64,000 nt of DNA from Macrostomum hystrix (taxonomy: Eukaryota > Animalia > Platyhelminthes). Under the pieces are notes generated by a model. That model did not search any database. It saw only the letters and a list, made by a program, of their open reading frames with translations, and was not told the origin of the DNA. The stretch is taken from contig CATNEN010000033.1 in the NCBI GenBank assembly GCA_950097015.1, forward strand, positions 4,278,001-4,342,000, written 5' to 3'. Below, piece after piece: positions 24,001 through 35,700 of this stretch (position 1 is the first letter of the stretch; each line of letters begins with the position of its first letter). A program made the translations under genes and the position numbers.

Positions 24001-25815
24001 ATGAATCTAAAACTGCAGGAAGTATCATCGAAGGCAGCAACCACCGAAGCCACCGAAGAGCCACCAAGGCATTTACGTTGTAAACGTTGCAACCATCTGG
24101 CAGTGAACTGCTATCAAACCAGGCACGGCTGTCGAATATGTTCAAGATGCGTCCTTGAGTGGCAGCGAGACCACTATATGTCTGCTAAATGCCCTTGCGG
24201 ACAGGAAAACTGCGCAAAACTAAGCGACGATTATTTTCTTAATAATGCACCATGCCTTCCGGACACGGGCACACGTAGAGAAGTCAACGATACTGAGGTC
24301 TGGTGTCCGAACAGGGGCTGCGGCTGTAATTACAAGTGTACCTTGAGACACATCGATGATCACTTAGCAACGAACTGTGAGTATGAAATGAGCATTTGCG
24401 ATCTCTGTCAATGTGAAGTTCCACAGCACCAGCTCAGAAGCGGCCACAAGGATCTGCGATCGGAGACCTGCTGCGACAAATTTAGAGCCCTTTGTCCGCT
24501 CTGCGGTGATCCTAAAGTACTAGACCGTCCGGCTTTTGTGGCTCATCTGGAGTCGCCGTGTCCCGGGCTACCTGAGGCCTGCACGTACTCGGCTGCTGGC
24601 TGCTCGTGGACCGGGTGCAAACAGGAGCTATCTCAACACTGTAGAGACAGCAGCGACCTGCACCTGCAGCTCTCAAATAGCTTCCATCGGAAAGAAATGG
24701 AGACCCTGAATGGAAAATTTGAAGCGTTAAATAGATTCGTTGAGGAGAAGCTGAGTCATCATGACAAACAAAAACTCGAAGCTTCCCCACCGACTGAACG
24801 GGGAAGTCGCAGTGGGGCCACGATCACAAGCTCCGCAGCGCGTCCTCGGGAAAGCGTGACCAATCAAGTCATCTTGGACTCGGCAACCTTAGAAGATGCA
24901 GACGCCTACCGAATTACCAACCCGGATGATGAAAACGCGTCAGCATACGATGTCGGGCCAAGCGAATTCCAAACAAATAGAGGCTCCGATGCGCTAACTC
25001 AGGCCGCGCAGCAGTATGCCACTGGCGTCGATTGTGAGAAAATTCTAATGGAGATTTTCATCACAGATCCGAAGCACTTTGACCGCATTTTATTTGAAAC
25101 TCTGAAAAATGGCCATATCGCTCGGGCGGAAGGCTTGGTCGAACTGGCTGCTAAACAGAACCCAGAGGCACTTCAGTACCGCTGTCCAGAGCACGAGCCA
25201 CTTCTCATTCTGTGCGTGTCTCTTGGGGACAGAAGCGCTGCCGCTCGGCTGGCTGTCAAAGTTTTGCAATGTGACCCGATGCAGCTAGTACATTGCAACG
25301 GGCAGGGACAGAACGTATTGCACCATTGCGCGCTGAATCATATCGACGAATCCGTACTAAAAGCGATTCGAAGGTTTGTGCAAATCCAGCTGCAATCAGG
25401 GAGGATCAGTGCTGACTTGCTCTTGAAAGCAACGAGTCAAAAAGACTGCATCGGATTTACTGCAGAGAAGCTCGCTAATGCAAACAACAAGAGCGAGATT
25501 TCAAGACAGCTAGTCTTACTTCACAATTCTGCCCTGGCACCAGGGCTACCTTTCGATGAACAGTGTCAGGGCGGTGCTGGAGTGCCGTTTTCTGCATCTC
25601 CCGTGCAGCAGGTTTTAATCTCCCCGGACTCGGACAGCGCCCGATATACCACTCAAGGTTGGCAGAGCATGCCCAATTTTCCCGTCACCTTGACTAAAAC
25701 CGACGAAAGTCTGGGTCGAGATCAAATTTCTCGTTCTACACCAGAAGAAACGTCACCTAGGACAGAGAAGGCGTTAGGCTTTCTTCATTTACTTTTCAAG
25801 AAGCGAAAACAGTAG
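24001..25815 (+). CDS. TRAF-like protein: variant RING, TRAF-type zinc fingers, coiled coil and about 4 ankyrin-like repeats, no MATH domain; 604 aa if unspliced
   Basis: CKRC..HGCRICSRC..CPC (RING-like); CPNRGCGC..HIDDHLATNC, CDLC..HKDLRSETC, CPLC..VAHLESPC and CTYSAAGC..LSQH..DLHLQL (TRAF zinc fingers); ILFETLKNGH, PLLILCVSLG, NGQGQNVLHHCA and KDCIGFTAEKLA..NKSEI (ankyrin-like). Confidence 0.85.
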   Translation: MNLKLQEVSSKAATTEATEEPPRHLRCKRCNHLAVNCYQTRHGCRICSRCVLEWQRDHYMSAKCPCGQENCAKLSDDYFLNNAPCLPDTGTRREVNDTEVWCPNRGCGCNYKCTLRHIDDHLATNCEYEMSICDLCQCEVPQHQLRSGHKDLRSETCCDKFRALCPLCGDPKVLDRPAFVAHLESPCPGLPEACTYSAAGCSWTGCKQELSQHCRDSSDLHLQLSNSFHRKEMETLNGKFEALNRFVEEKLSHHDKQKLEASPPTERGSRSGATITSSAARPRESVTNQVILDSATLEDADAYRITNPDDENASAYDVGPSEFQTNRGSDALTQAAQQYATGVDCEKILMEIFITDPKHFDRILFETLKNGHIARAEGLVELAAKQNPEALQYRCPEHEPLLILCVSLGDRSAAARLAVKVLQCDPMQLVHCNGQGQNVLHHCALNHIDESVLKAIRRFVQIQLQSGRISADLLLKATSQKDCIGFTAEKLANANNKSEISRQLVLLHNSALAPGLPFDEQCQGGAGVPFSASPVQQVLISPDSDSARYTTQGWQSMPNFPVTLTKTDESLGRDQISRSTPEETSPRTEKALGFLHLLFKKRKQ

Positions 25816-26554
25816 ACAAAAACCGTTTACTAATATGATATCGTGTAATCAAGGTGGGGAAACGATCTTTTTTACAATCTTTAGAACCCAAAAGGTGCGC
25901 GTTTATTTGATTGCTAGAAACTTTGTTAAGGCGTTAGCGATAAACAAATGTTTGTTTACTCTGTGCGAATATGCAAATGAGAAAATTCACAGAAGTTCAA
26001 CTGCAAGCCTGTAGCTTCCGCAAATCATGTCTATCTTATTAAAAACTTCCAAGGTTTTTTGTTTGTTAAGTCATCTTTTCTACGAGCGTATTAATTATTA
26101 TTATTAGTGCAAGTGCGGGTACAAATATATACAAATACAAATACATACGCCTATGAAGGCTGTCTAGATAAAATACATAAACGCAGAGCTTTTTTCTGAA
26201 AACTTGTAAACTTATTTTGCTATATGCATACTTTTTCGGATCCATTCGATCCCCTATCCCAGACGGGGATAATAAGGGGTAAAAATCGGCGCTTGGTTTG
26301 GCGAAAGGAGTTGGGTTGAGGGCGAAGCAGTTTTGAAGCCCTCTTCTGAGCCAGTAGCAGATTGTAAATGAATCGATTTAAGGACAGGCTGCAGCAGGTG
26401 ACTTGAAAAATAGACAGAAATTATTTGAAAGGGTGCCTGAGAGTAGCTTGTCTTGCATATAAAGCTAATATCGCCTATATGGATAAAAAAGCTTTACCAA
26501 AATTGCACTTCTGGTAATAGACAAGAGTGAAAACACAGTCACAGACTTCAAACG

Positions 26555-26730
26555 TATTTACATCTGCTCTAGCTTTCATCGTCAGGCAGTGTACGCTCTG
26601 TGTATTGGTGGGTCGCTCATGGGTGTACATTGCACTACAAGACAAGACAGACAAGGGTACTGGATTCTCTCCTCGACTGCGCCTCTTATCAATGGTAACT
26701 CGACGCAGATCCGAACTTGGTGTCGGAACT
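26555..26730 (-). mobile_element. Degenerate partial copy of the SINE family (copy B)
   Basis: TACATCTG..CTTTCATCGTCAGGCAGTGTAC.CTC matches 33412-33455; B-box-like reverse complement AGTTCGGATC near 26708-26717. Confidence 0.55.
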
Positions 26731-27288
26731 GACATATGTGCCGGGTACAGTAGGTTTTCTCCGGTTTCAAGCCTGCATGGCTTAGAATTGCTTAGCTTAG
26801 AAAACCCGATTTAATTTATTATTTCCAAAGAGATCAGGAAAAAAGGGTACCTGCCTCTCACAAAAGCTGTCTCCATAGTCTCCATTGTTTCCAATAAAAA
26901 TTTTCGCAGCCTATTCCAGTCTAGCAAAAAAATCTGTCTCCATATTCCAGCCCAGCCCAGCCCAAAAAGTGAACCTGAAAAAAGTGTGCAAAGACAATCA
27001 AATTAGTGACAAAAGCCCAATCCCAAACTCAAGATCCCAAAACTTAGGGTGCTCATCCTCCGAAAAAAATATTTTTCTCCATAAAAATGTTTCAAATCGT
27101 CTGTCCAGGATCTTCTTACAAAGCACACGAGCCTATTTACAAGAGTAAGTACCAATGCAAACTAGAATGCAGCGAGTGCAATAAATTTATTTTGTAAGCA
27201 CTTAACCCGATGTTATTTTAGTATTAAGTTAATTCCATGTTCAACAAGCACAAAATCTTGTTCTTGATAATCCTGATGAACGTTTTAG

Positions 27289-27682
27289 GAGCCAATCGAT
27301 CGCACCAGAGTTAATAAGCACTCATCTGCATCGAGAGCTGGTCAAAGCTGGTTTTGTTCAATCGCGATCACTGGTGCAGAGCGCTTTTGCTCGAATTATG
27401 GAGATTTGCCTCGCCGATTTGCCTACTTTGGCTCGTTACTTTGTCGTTGGCAGCATGGCCGATGGCTGGGGAAACAGCCTTGTAAGCCTCTCTGGCGTTA
27501 CGGACTCTGATTCTGATATTGACGCCATGCAGCTTTTTAACAGCAACTTCGTGTACCATATCCGTGGTTGCTGCACATGCGACTGCTCCGATTCAGCAAG
27601 GCAAGATTATCGAGATGGCCACCTTATCTGCCCTGGAGCATGTATTAAAAAATTTTGTACTCGAAAAATTATAAATTATTGA
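27289..27682 (+). CDS. Exon encoding the N-terminal catalytic part of a cGAS-like/Mab21-type nucleotidyltransferase; C-terminal half not found in the window
   Basis: The frame is open from 27233 and reads ..HRELVKAGF..YFVVGSMADGWGNSL..TDSDSDIDAMQLF, i.e. hGS..DhD (GS at 27449, D-I-D at 27515-27523). Acceptor CTGAT..TTTTAG at 27288. Confidence 0.65.
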
Positions 27683-28329
27683 TTAAAAAATATTGAATAA
27701 AGTTCACCCAAAATCTCATATTTATTCGCTGTTCTATTTGCTATATTCGTTTTAATAAACCTGAAGATGCACGAAACGTGCGAAACGCGTCGTTAAACGT
27801 TAAATGTTGATTCTCGCCTTTTTATTCATATAACTATTTAAGTTTTACGGAAATCGCAAGATGTGCATGTCCATACATATATACAGTATATTTTAGTGCT
27901 TCGGCTTTGCAGGACAGAAAAGCTTTCTGATAAAAGCTAAATTTAGCGATGAATTCATCTTTTTTTCTTTGTTTGAAATCTTTCATCTTTCTTTGAAAGA
28001 AGGAATATCGGCGAAAAATCCGTGGGATTTTCACGGAAAACCGTGGATTTTTTGCGCGAAAAACGGAAAAACTGGAATTCACTAGAAAAGAACAGCCCGA
28101 TATGTATCGAATTCTGCTCCATGGAGCAAAATAATAGGCTATTAAATCCACTGTTCTAACACTATTATAAAAGTACTCCAACTACAGTGCATACAACAAG
28201 AAAACTTACCAGTGCGAAATATGCAGCAAGTGACGTTTTTTAATGTACTCTAGTCTTACTATTTAGTCTACATTGCGATTATGTAAATGCAAAAAAAGTT
28301 AACGAAACTATTAAGCTTGTAAACGTAAA

Positions 28330-29160
28330 ATGACAGAAGGCACTCTGCCCAGAAAAGTTTCGACAGCACTTCCGGTTGACAAAAATCTCCCGAATCTAAG
28401 GTGCGAAAGCCAAATTGGTGAGCAGGAGCACATCTTATTCAATTGCTTTCAGCTGTCATGAAGCCTGCGCATCTGCCAAGAGTGCAACGAGCTGCTCGAA
28501 GACAATGCCAATGCCAATGGCGACACCAATTGCAGCACCTGGACCACACCTGCGAGTTTGAGGAAATCAATTGTATTTTGTGCCAAAAAGACGAGACAAA
28601 AAGCCAAATGGCCAGCCACAAATGTCTTTTGTCCGATGACTGCTGTAGTGGTTTCAGGGTCCGATGTCCGCATTGCAGCGCAACAGGCGACATCAATCAC
28701 ATAGAATTCCTGGCTCACCTGGAATTCTGTCCAGAGAGACCACAGGACTGCCATTTTGCGCGAATTGGATGCGCAAATGAAGGCTGGGCCGAGCGCTTTG
28801 GATGCTCATTTCCGAGACGATTCACTAGCACACCTGGCATTGGTGCTCCAGCATTCTGAGGAACTAAAAAGTCGATTGGAAAATGCAGAGGACGAAAACA
28901 GAAAGTTGCGTGAGCAGGTAGCCATGCACTCTCAATAAGCGCGTCATGACCTTGGAAAAAGAGCGAGAAATCGAGAACTCTACTAATTTACCTGACGACC
29001 CGAAAATTGCTGAGCCACCACTGCCAGTTAAAAATTCAGTCGGCTCAGGACTTTAGAGTTCAGAAAAATAATGAAAGAACTGTTATGCATTCATTAATTG
29101 AATGCCTGACAATAGATCCTACAGCTGTAAAATACATATTTGACTTCTTTTTACTACCGT
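28330..29160 (+). pseudogene. Disrupted paralog of the 24001 TRAF-like gene
   Basis: From ATG 28330: ..LRC..HILFNCFQLS*SLRICQEC (TGA at 28459), an internal deletion/frame change, then QLQHLDHTCEFEEINCILC..CPHC..FLAHLEFC..CHFARIGC, a +1 shift near 28775, LDAHFRDDSLAHLALV, a +1 shift near 28931, and later LIECLTIDP (cf. LMEIFITDP). Confidence 0.85.
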
Positions 29161-31939
29161 AGCTTTTATTCCAGTGCAGATTTTCTTTAAAAAATGACAG
29201 CAGAAGCCTTAATTTTTCTACTCTTGCCTAGATTATGTTTCGTATCGTGTTTCTGTACTCAAGAAATGTGTTTTTTTTGTATTAAAGCCAGTTATTCCAG
29301 TCTTGGAAACTGTTAATTGGATCCTAACTTTTCTAGTTTCTAGATTTCGAAATTCACACCTAACAGCTAAATAAAAAAACGAAAAACTCTCCGTTACGGA
29401 ACTCTCAGAGATTGCGCAGATCTTGCAGTGCACTCGTTTAGTGCATGCTCTGATTTCAGCTCTATTTCAGCTCTGATTAAACAATTTGCTCAAGTTTTTC
29501 GAAAAACTTAGATTTTTTTAATTTCGACGAAAGACTTACTCGCACTATTTTTTATTAACCTAATCCAATAGAACATACGCTGTATCAACAGTAGAACTAC
29601 CAGGGGGGAATAATGATCCCCCGCCTGACAGTTTTTGTGTTGCACCCGAACGGAGCAACTCAAGCACACGAAACACAAGAACGTAGGCCAATTTTTTGTT
29701 GTGCATCTTCTAATTAAAACAAGAATCAAGCCACCAGCTCTTCAGACCGTCGAGATATTCAATGGTTCTGAACTTCTGGTCGAAGGGTGGATTTTTTCCC
29801 ATTGTAAGCGCTAATGTATTTCGATGATAAACCCCTATGCACGAATTGTCTCTGCGCCTCAGTGCGCTCTTGCCGGGCCTTCAAAATTTTATCAGCAATA
29901 TCACCAGAATGTGCAGCCTGCATCATTTTTGTCTTCGGTGGTCACCTACATTTATCTAGACGGACTGCTGGACCTTCAAGGGCTACAAAAGGTGGAATAT
30001 ATTATTATATGGACACCCTGACGCGAATTTCTCCGATTTCACTGACCCTTAATTAGGCGCAGCTCAACCACTGGACACCATCTCCAGTATGTCAATGTCA
30101 ACCAATTAGTCACCACACAACGCTGTCAGCATTCAGGAGTTACCAAAAGCATTTTTAGGGGAAATCCCCTCTTTGGTATATTTATATGGTCTAAATATTT
30201 GAGCTATAATTTTCATTCAAACGAAATGGTACTGGCACTAGCAGTAGCGCTCTTTTTGAGATAGTAAAGTCGAGATAAAAATTGAGCTACCAGTGAATGT
30301 TTCGGAATAGCAGCAAATTTTATCGTTGCAAGTATCTTAGCTCTTAATTTAGTTCACCCATGTTACACTCCGTAAAGGAGGAAACTACATACACACGCAA
30401 TGGTGTTAATCGGGGAAACTACACATGTATAGATGTAGCGCTGTCATGCAATGCATATAAAATCTGTTGGATAAAACAAACATGTTTTTAATAAAGTTTG
30501 TAGGCATTTAAACATGTCATTATTTTCCTTATAACTGAAACTAAGCTATTGAAGTCGAAGTTAAGGAAATAAAAACGCATTTTCTGACAAATGTGAAATT
30601 GAATTTAAGCAGGCCTGGTGTAAGATTCCGTGATGTAAAAGTAATTAAATAAACAAAGTCAATTTACGACCAATTACAATGCCTTTCACTTTCAACCTTT
30701 CAGTGTATGCAGAAAAAGCTCTGTGCTCGAAAATACAAACGAAAATCGCTATAATGTGTAACGCACCATTAAATTATAATGCTAAGTGTGTGGCTGTGGG
30801 CTCGTGAACTCGTTGCATTAGAGAGAATAGAGAAATAAGGGACTGGAGACTATAGCTTATAACCTATAAATATAGGCCTATTAGGCCCTATCCATTAATA
30901 AATAAATGATTAATTAATTATGAATTAGGGGCCTAGTAAAAATTGTATGTCAATAGTTCTCAAATCGGTTAAATATAATTCTGCAATCATATGGTATCTA
31001 ACAAGCCACAAATAATATGTAATCTTTTTGAACTTATAAGCAAACAGCTGCTATCTGTTACAGCTGTTAGCAGTTAGCTGTTAACTACTTTCTAAGCCAT
31101 AACATAGGCATGTGCCATAACATAACAGTTAGCCTAGGGCTAACTCGATAACACATAGGCCCCCCTAGTCCTAGCCTAGGACTCCTTAGATCTAACAATT
31201 TTGTTCTTAATATATGATGTAGCGCTTCTAAACTGTGTAAACATTATTCATGGCATCATCACAGTGATTTTTTATAAATGTAGCTATTTAATGTAGCTAT
31301 AGGGCCTATTATAAGGGCATAAGGCATAACTACTAACTAGCCTACTTGCCTTCTGATCTATGGACATTATAGGTAGCTGGCTAGCTAAGTGTACTTAACT
31401 TTGTAAGTTACAATACTTACAAACGGCTCTCTATTTATCTATTGCAGGCCCTATCTTGGCTTTAAGTTTGTAAAACCAGTACAAAAGTATAATAGCTAAT
31501 ATGGAAGGTTTAAGCTGTATTTTGCAACACTGTTTTAACAAGTATAGGCCTAGTTCTATGGCCTATGGAGGCTGGAGCAAGCTTTAGCCTTAAGCCACCT
31601 TGTATTTTTCTAACTTCTAGATAGGCCACATTATGAAAAAAAAATTGTTGATGGTAGGCCTAGCCAGTAGGTGGTGAGTGCTTATATTTATAATGCTCTA
31701 TGTTTCTATTATATATATTATATTTACATAAGTAAGCCTGGCTAGCTGAGTACTCTGAAATAAAAGTTAAAAATACACATTGCCTATATAAATTTTATTC
31801 CTCAAACAAGTAAGATTTCTATAAATAAATATGTGACATATTGCATTAAAGAAAAAATGTAATAATCCCTGGTATCTTAAGTATAACAAATTATAAGCTA
31901 GCTGTAACCCATAGTCCATATCATGTAGTGCATGCCGGA

Positions 31940-32220
31940 CATACATGCGCAACACCCGGCCGACCCGGCCGAACCGGCCGGGTGAAACAAGGGCCAAGCA
32001 AGGTAAGTCGCAAAAACCAATAGACCAAGCGCAAAAAAATCAAAGGGGGGACCAAGGGACAAAAAAGGAAGGCGTGAAGAAAAGGAAAAAGGGGAGAGAA
32101 AAAGAGAGCAAATGAGAGCAAACTAAGTCATAAATAGAGCAATGAAATGAACTAAGTCGCAAATGAGAGCAAAAACTAAGTCGCACGGCCGGCTAAGATT
32201 TGGGAGGTTGCGCATGTATG
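31940..32220. mobile_element. 281-bp non-autonomous hAT-type element (MITE)
   Basis: Perfect 14-bp TIRs CATACATGCGCAAC (31940-31953) and GTTGCGCATGTATG (32207-32220). Exact 8-bp TSD ATGCCGGA (31932-31939 and 32221-32228). Repeated subterminal TAAGTCGCA. Confidence 0.9.
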
Positions 32221-32715
32221 ATGCCGGAATTTTCTAGCATGTATTTGTTTTCAGCTGGTGAGCATGGCGTGCATTGGTATATATTTTAAGGGTTAGCATA
32301 CACTTTGGTGTATAAGGCGTGCATGGCAATGGTGTACTACACTGTTGTGATGCTGACAACATAGCACTTTAGAAATTGACTCAATCAGTGACAATCTTAC
32401 CTTAGACATAGCCCAGCATTGTATGCTTCAATCTTGAGTATATCTGGTGAAGTCTCTGAAGACAGCAAAGCTAGCCCAGTAGTGCCATACACAGACATGC
32501 ATTATAAAATATTATTTACTGATATTTTCTTCACAGTAGCAGCAATTCAAAAAAATGTGTAATAAATGTGTAAATTTTAATATCAAGCAATTAATTTTTT
32601 TTTATATTTTAAAAATTAAAAGAAATCTTAAGTTGTGTCCAATATATTCAGACAAAAATTTCACATCTCAGGTAGTTGTCCCATAATCCCATGTGTTGCA
32701 GCCAGCCCTGTGACC

Positions 32716-35700
32716 ATGACCAGCATCACTGTTGTCCCGCTGGGCGCAGGACAGGATGTTGGGCGCAGCTGCATCCTGGTTAGCCTGGCCGGCCGCCGCA
32801 TCATGTTCGACTGCGGCATGCACGCCGGCTTCCAAGATGATCGCCGGTTTCCAGACTTCACCTACATCACCAAGCAGGGCAGCCCCAATGAATATCTGGA
32901 CGCTGTGATTGTGTCTCATTTCCACCTGGACCACTGCGGCGCTCTGCCCTACTTCACCGAGATGGTCGGCTATGACGGCCCGGTCTACATGACCTACCCA
33001 ACCAAGGCTATCTGCCCCATCCTGCTGGAGGACTACCGCAAAGTCACGATGGAACGAAAAGTTAGCGGGGAACAGATCAACTTCTTCACTAGCGATATGA
33101 TTAATAAGTGCATGGCTAAGGTGAGCGTTTGCTGGCTACTGTTTTTTAATTTAATTTTGGCAGTTTAGGCTTATCTATGCTTTAACGAATAGTTTTCAAA
33201 GAATCCCAATGTACAACACCGAGCAATTATGATAATTATTATTCGTTAAAAGTATCAATTACTAATCAAAAATTGCAGGACCAATTGTGGGCCATGGCAC
33301 ATCATTTGGTGACACTAGGCCCGCAGCCAGTGAGGGGGCAATTCTGCCCATTTCGCTGACTCCTAAGCACACGCATACAAATATTGTACGCAGACGCGCT
33401 CACACAGGTATGTACATCTGCCCTGACTTTCTCATCGTCAGGCAGTGTACACTCTCACTGTGCCTTGGAGGTTGGCTCTCAAGAGCGTAAATAGCACGAC
33501 AAGCCCCCCAAGCCCTCTCTCCGCGGCGGCTGCACCCCAAATGAATGTGGCCTTGCCGCGGAATCGAACTCGGCGGAGTTCACATTGGAGGAGTTGTTGC
33601 TGAAGCTGTGAAATAGTTACGACTCACAAGTCCAACATTGTTGCATTGCCTTACAAACGCTTGCCAATTTTAATCTCACTGCCACCAGGTGCGGCCAGTC
33701 AGCCTACACGAAGAGGTGCACGTGGACTCGGAGCTTGTCATTAAGCCCTACTATGCCGGTCACGTGCTCGGCGCCGCCATGTTCCTAGTCCGAGTTGGCG
33801 ACCAGCAGTCTGTGCTGTACACGGGTGACTACAACATGACTCCTGACAGGCACCTTGGCCCCGCCTGGGTTGACCGCTGCCGGCCCAGCCTGCTAATTAC
33901 TGAGTCCACCTACGCAACAACTGTTCGAGATTCTAAACGGTCCAGGGAGCGCGACTTCTGCGAGAAGGTGCAACGCTGCGTTGAGCGAGGCGGCAAAGTG
34001 CTCATACCTGTGTTTGCGCTGGGCCGAGCTCAGGAACTCTGCATCCTGCTCGAGACCTATTGGGAGCGCATGAATCTCAAGGTCAGGCTTGGCTTGTGTA
34101 CAGGCTTTTTAATGATAATACTTGGTAATGGTTTAGACCTGTGAAGGATTCATTCGGTTGTGAAAGAAGGATCGGGTTGTGAAGGAAGGATTTGGCTGTG
34201 AAGGAATCATTGGATTGTGAAAGGATTGAACTGTGAAGGAATCATTGGGTTGTGAAGGAAGGATTGAACCGTGAAGGAATCATTGGGTTGTGAAATAAGG
34301 ATTGAACTATGAAGGAATCATTGGGTTGTGAAGCAAGGATCGGGTTGTGAAGGAAAAATCGAGCTGTAATAGTGGGATTGTCACAAATTGGATTGTGAAA
34401 ATTGGGATTTGGGAAGGATTAGGCGATTATTGATTCAAGGACATGGATTTTGAGTTGTTGCATAGCATTTTCTCCATTTTCCCAGCTTATTCAGTCGGAT
34501 ATACAACTTTACATTGAATAGAATATTTTTATGTTGCAATGTTCCAATTGAAAGTGTGGGATCTTCCTTTGGCTTCATACCTTTATGAAGGAATTCATCA
34601 TGAGACACAGCTCAATGGCTGTTTGTCTGTCTGCTTTTGTTTTTCGATGATAATATAAAAAGGCGCTTGATTTGATTTGTTTCATCAGAGACTGCGCATC
34701 AGCCTTAAAAAAAATTCATTAATCCAAGCTTGCAGTGCAGCTTTACGCATCAGTTCCACTTGCCAATCAATAGTTTGTAATGTAAGGCACTGCCACGTTT
34801 AAAATAAAGCCATTATCGATTTGGCACATAAAATTTACTCAAAAATGCACCCATTAGAATTTTTGCTCGCTTCTAATGATAAACCCGAATGCCATGTTTT
34901 TGTTTCTAGTCCCTGAATAACATTCTGGTTTGGGTTCTATATCTAGAGTGCCATTCTGGTTTAAGTTCTATATCTAGAGTGCCATTCTGGTTTGGGTTCT
35001 ATATCTAGAATATCATTCTGGTTTGGGTTCTATATCTAGAGTACCATTCTGGTTTGGATTCTATATCTAGAATATCATTCTGGTTTGGGTTCTATATCTA
35101 GAATATCATTCTGGTTTGGGTTCTATATCTAGAATATCATTCTGGTTTGGGTTCTATATCTAGAATATCATTCTGGTTTGGGTTCTATATCTAGAGTACC
35201 ATTCTGGTTTGGATTCTATATCTAGAATATCATTCTGGTTTGGGTTCTATATCTAGAGTACCATTCTGGTTTGGGTTCTATATCTAGAATATCATTCTGG
35301 TTTGGGTTCTATATCTAGAGTACCATTCTGGTTTGGATTCTATATCTAGAATATCATTCTGGTTTGGGTTCTATATCTAGAGTACCATTCTGGTTTGGGT
35401 TCTATATCTAGAGTACCATTCTGGTTTGGGTTCTACTTCGGGTGTGTCATAAGTAATGTCACTGAGGGTAAAACAGACCAACTAACAATCGCAGATGAAC
35501 GAAACTGTATCAATCAACAACATAGTGTCCCCAATAACAATCACCCTCTGGCAGTGCTCGTACAGCTTCTCTACCTCAGCCTGCAGGTGTTTTTCCTCCA
35601 GCTGTCGGAACCAGTGCAACGCGGCTTCTTTGACCTCATCATGGTTTGCGAAACTTCTCTGGGAAAAGTCTGCCTTCAGCCATTTAAAGAGAAACCTGTC

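Noticed and set aside
29700-30060. Moderately GC-rich, nearly open frames as the missing Mab21 C-terminal exon
   Set aside because: No recognisable Mab21 or other motif in the frames I translated; stops present on both strands.
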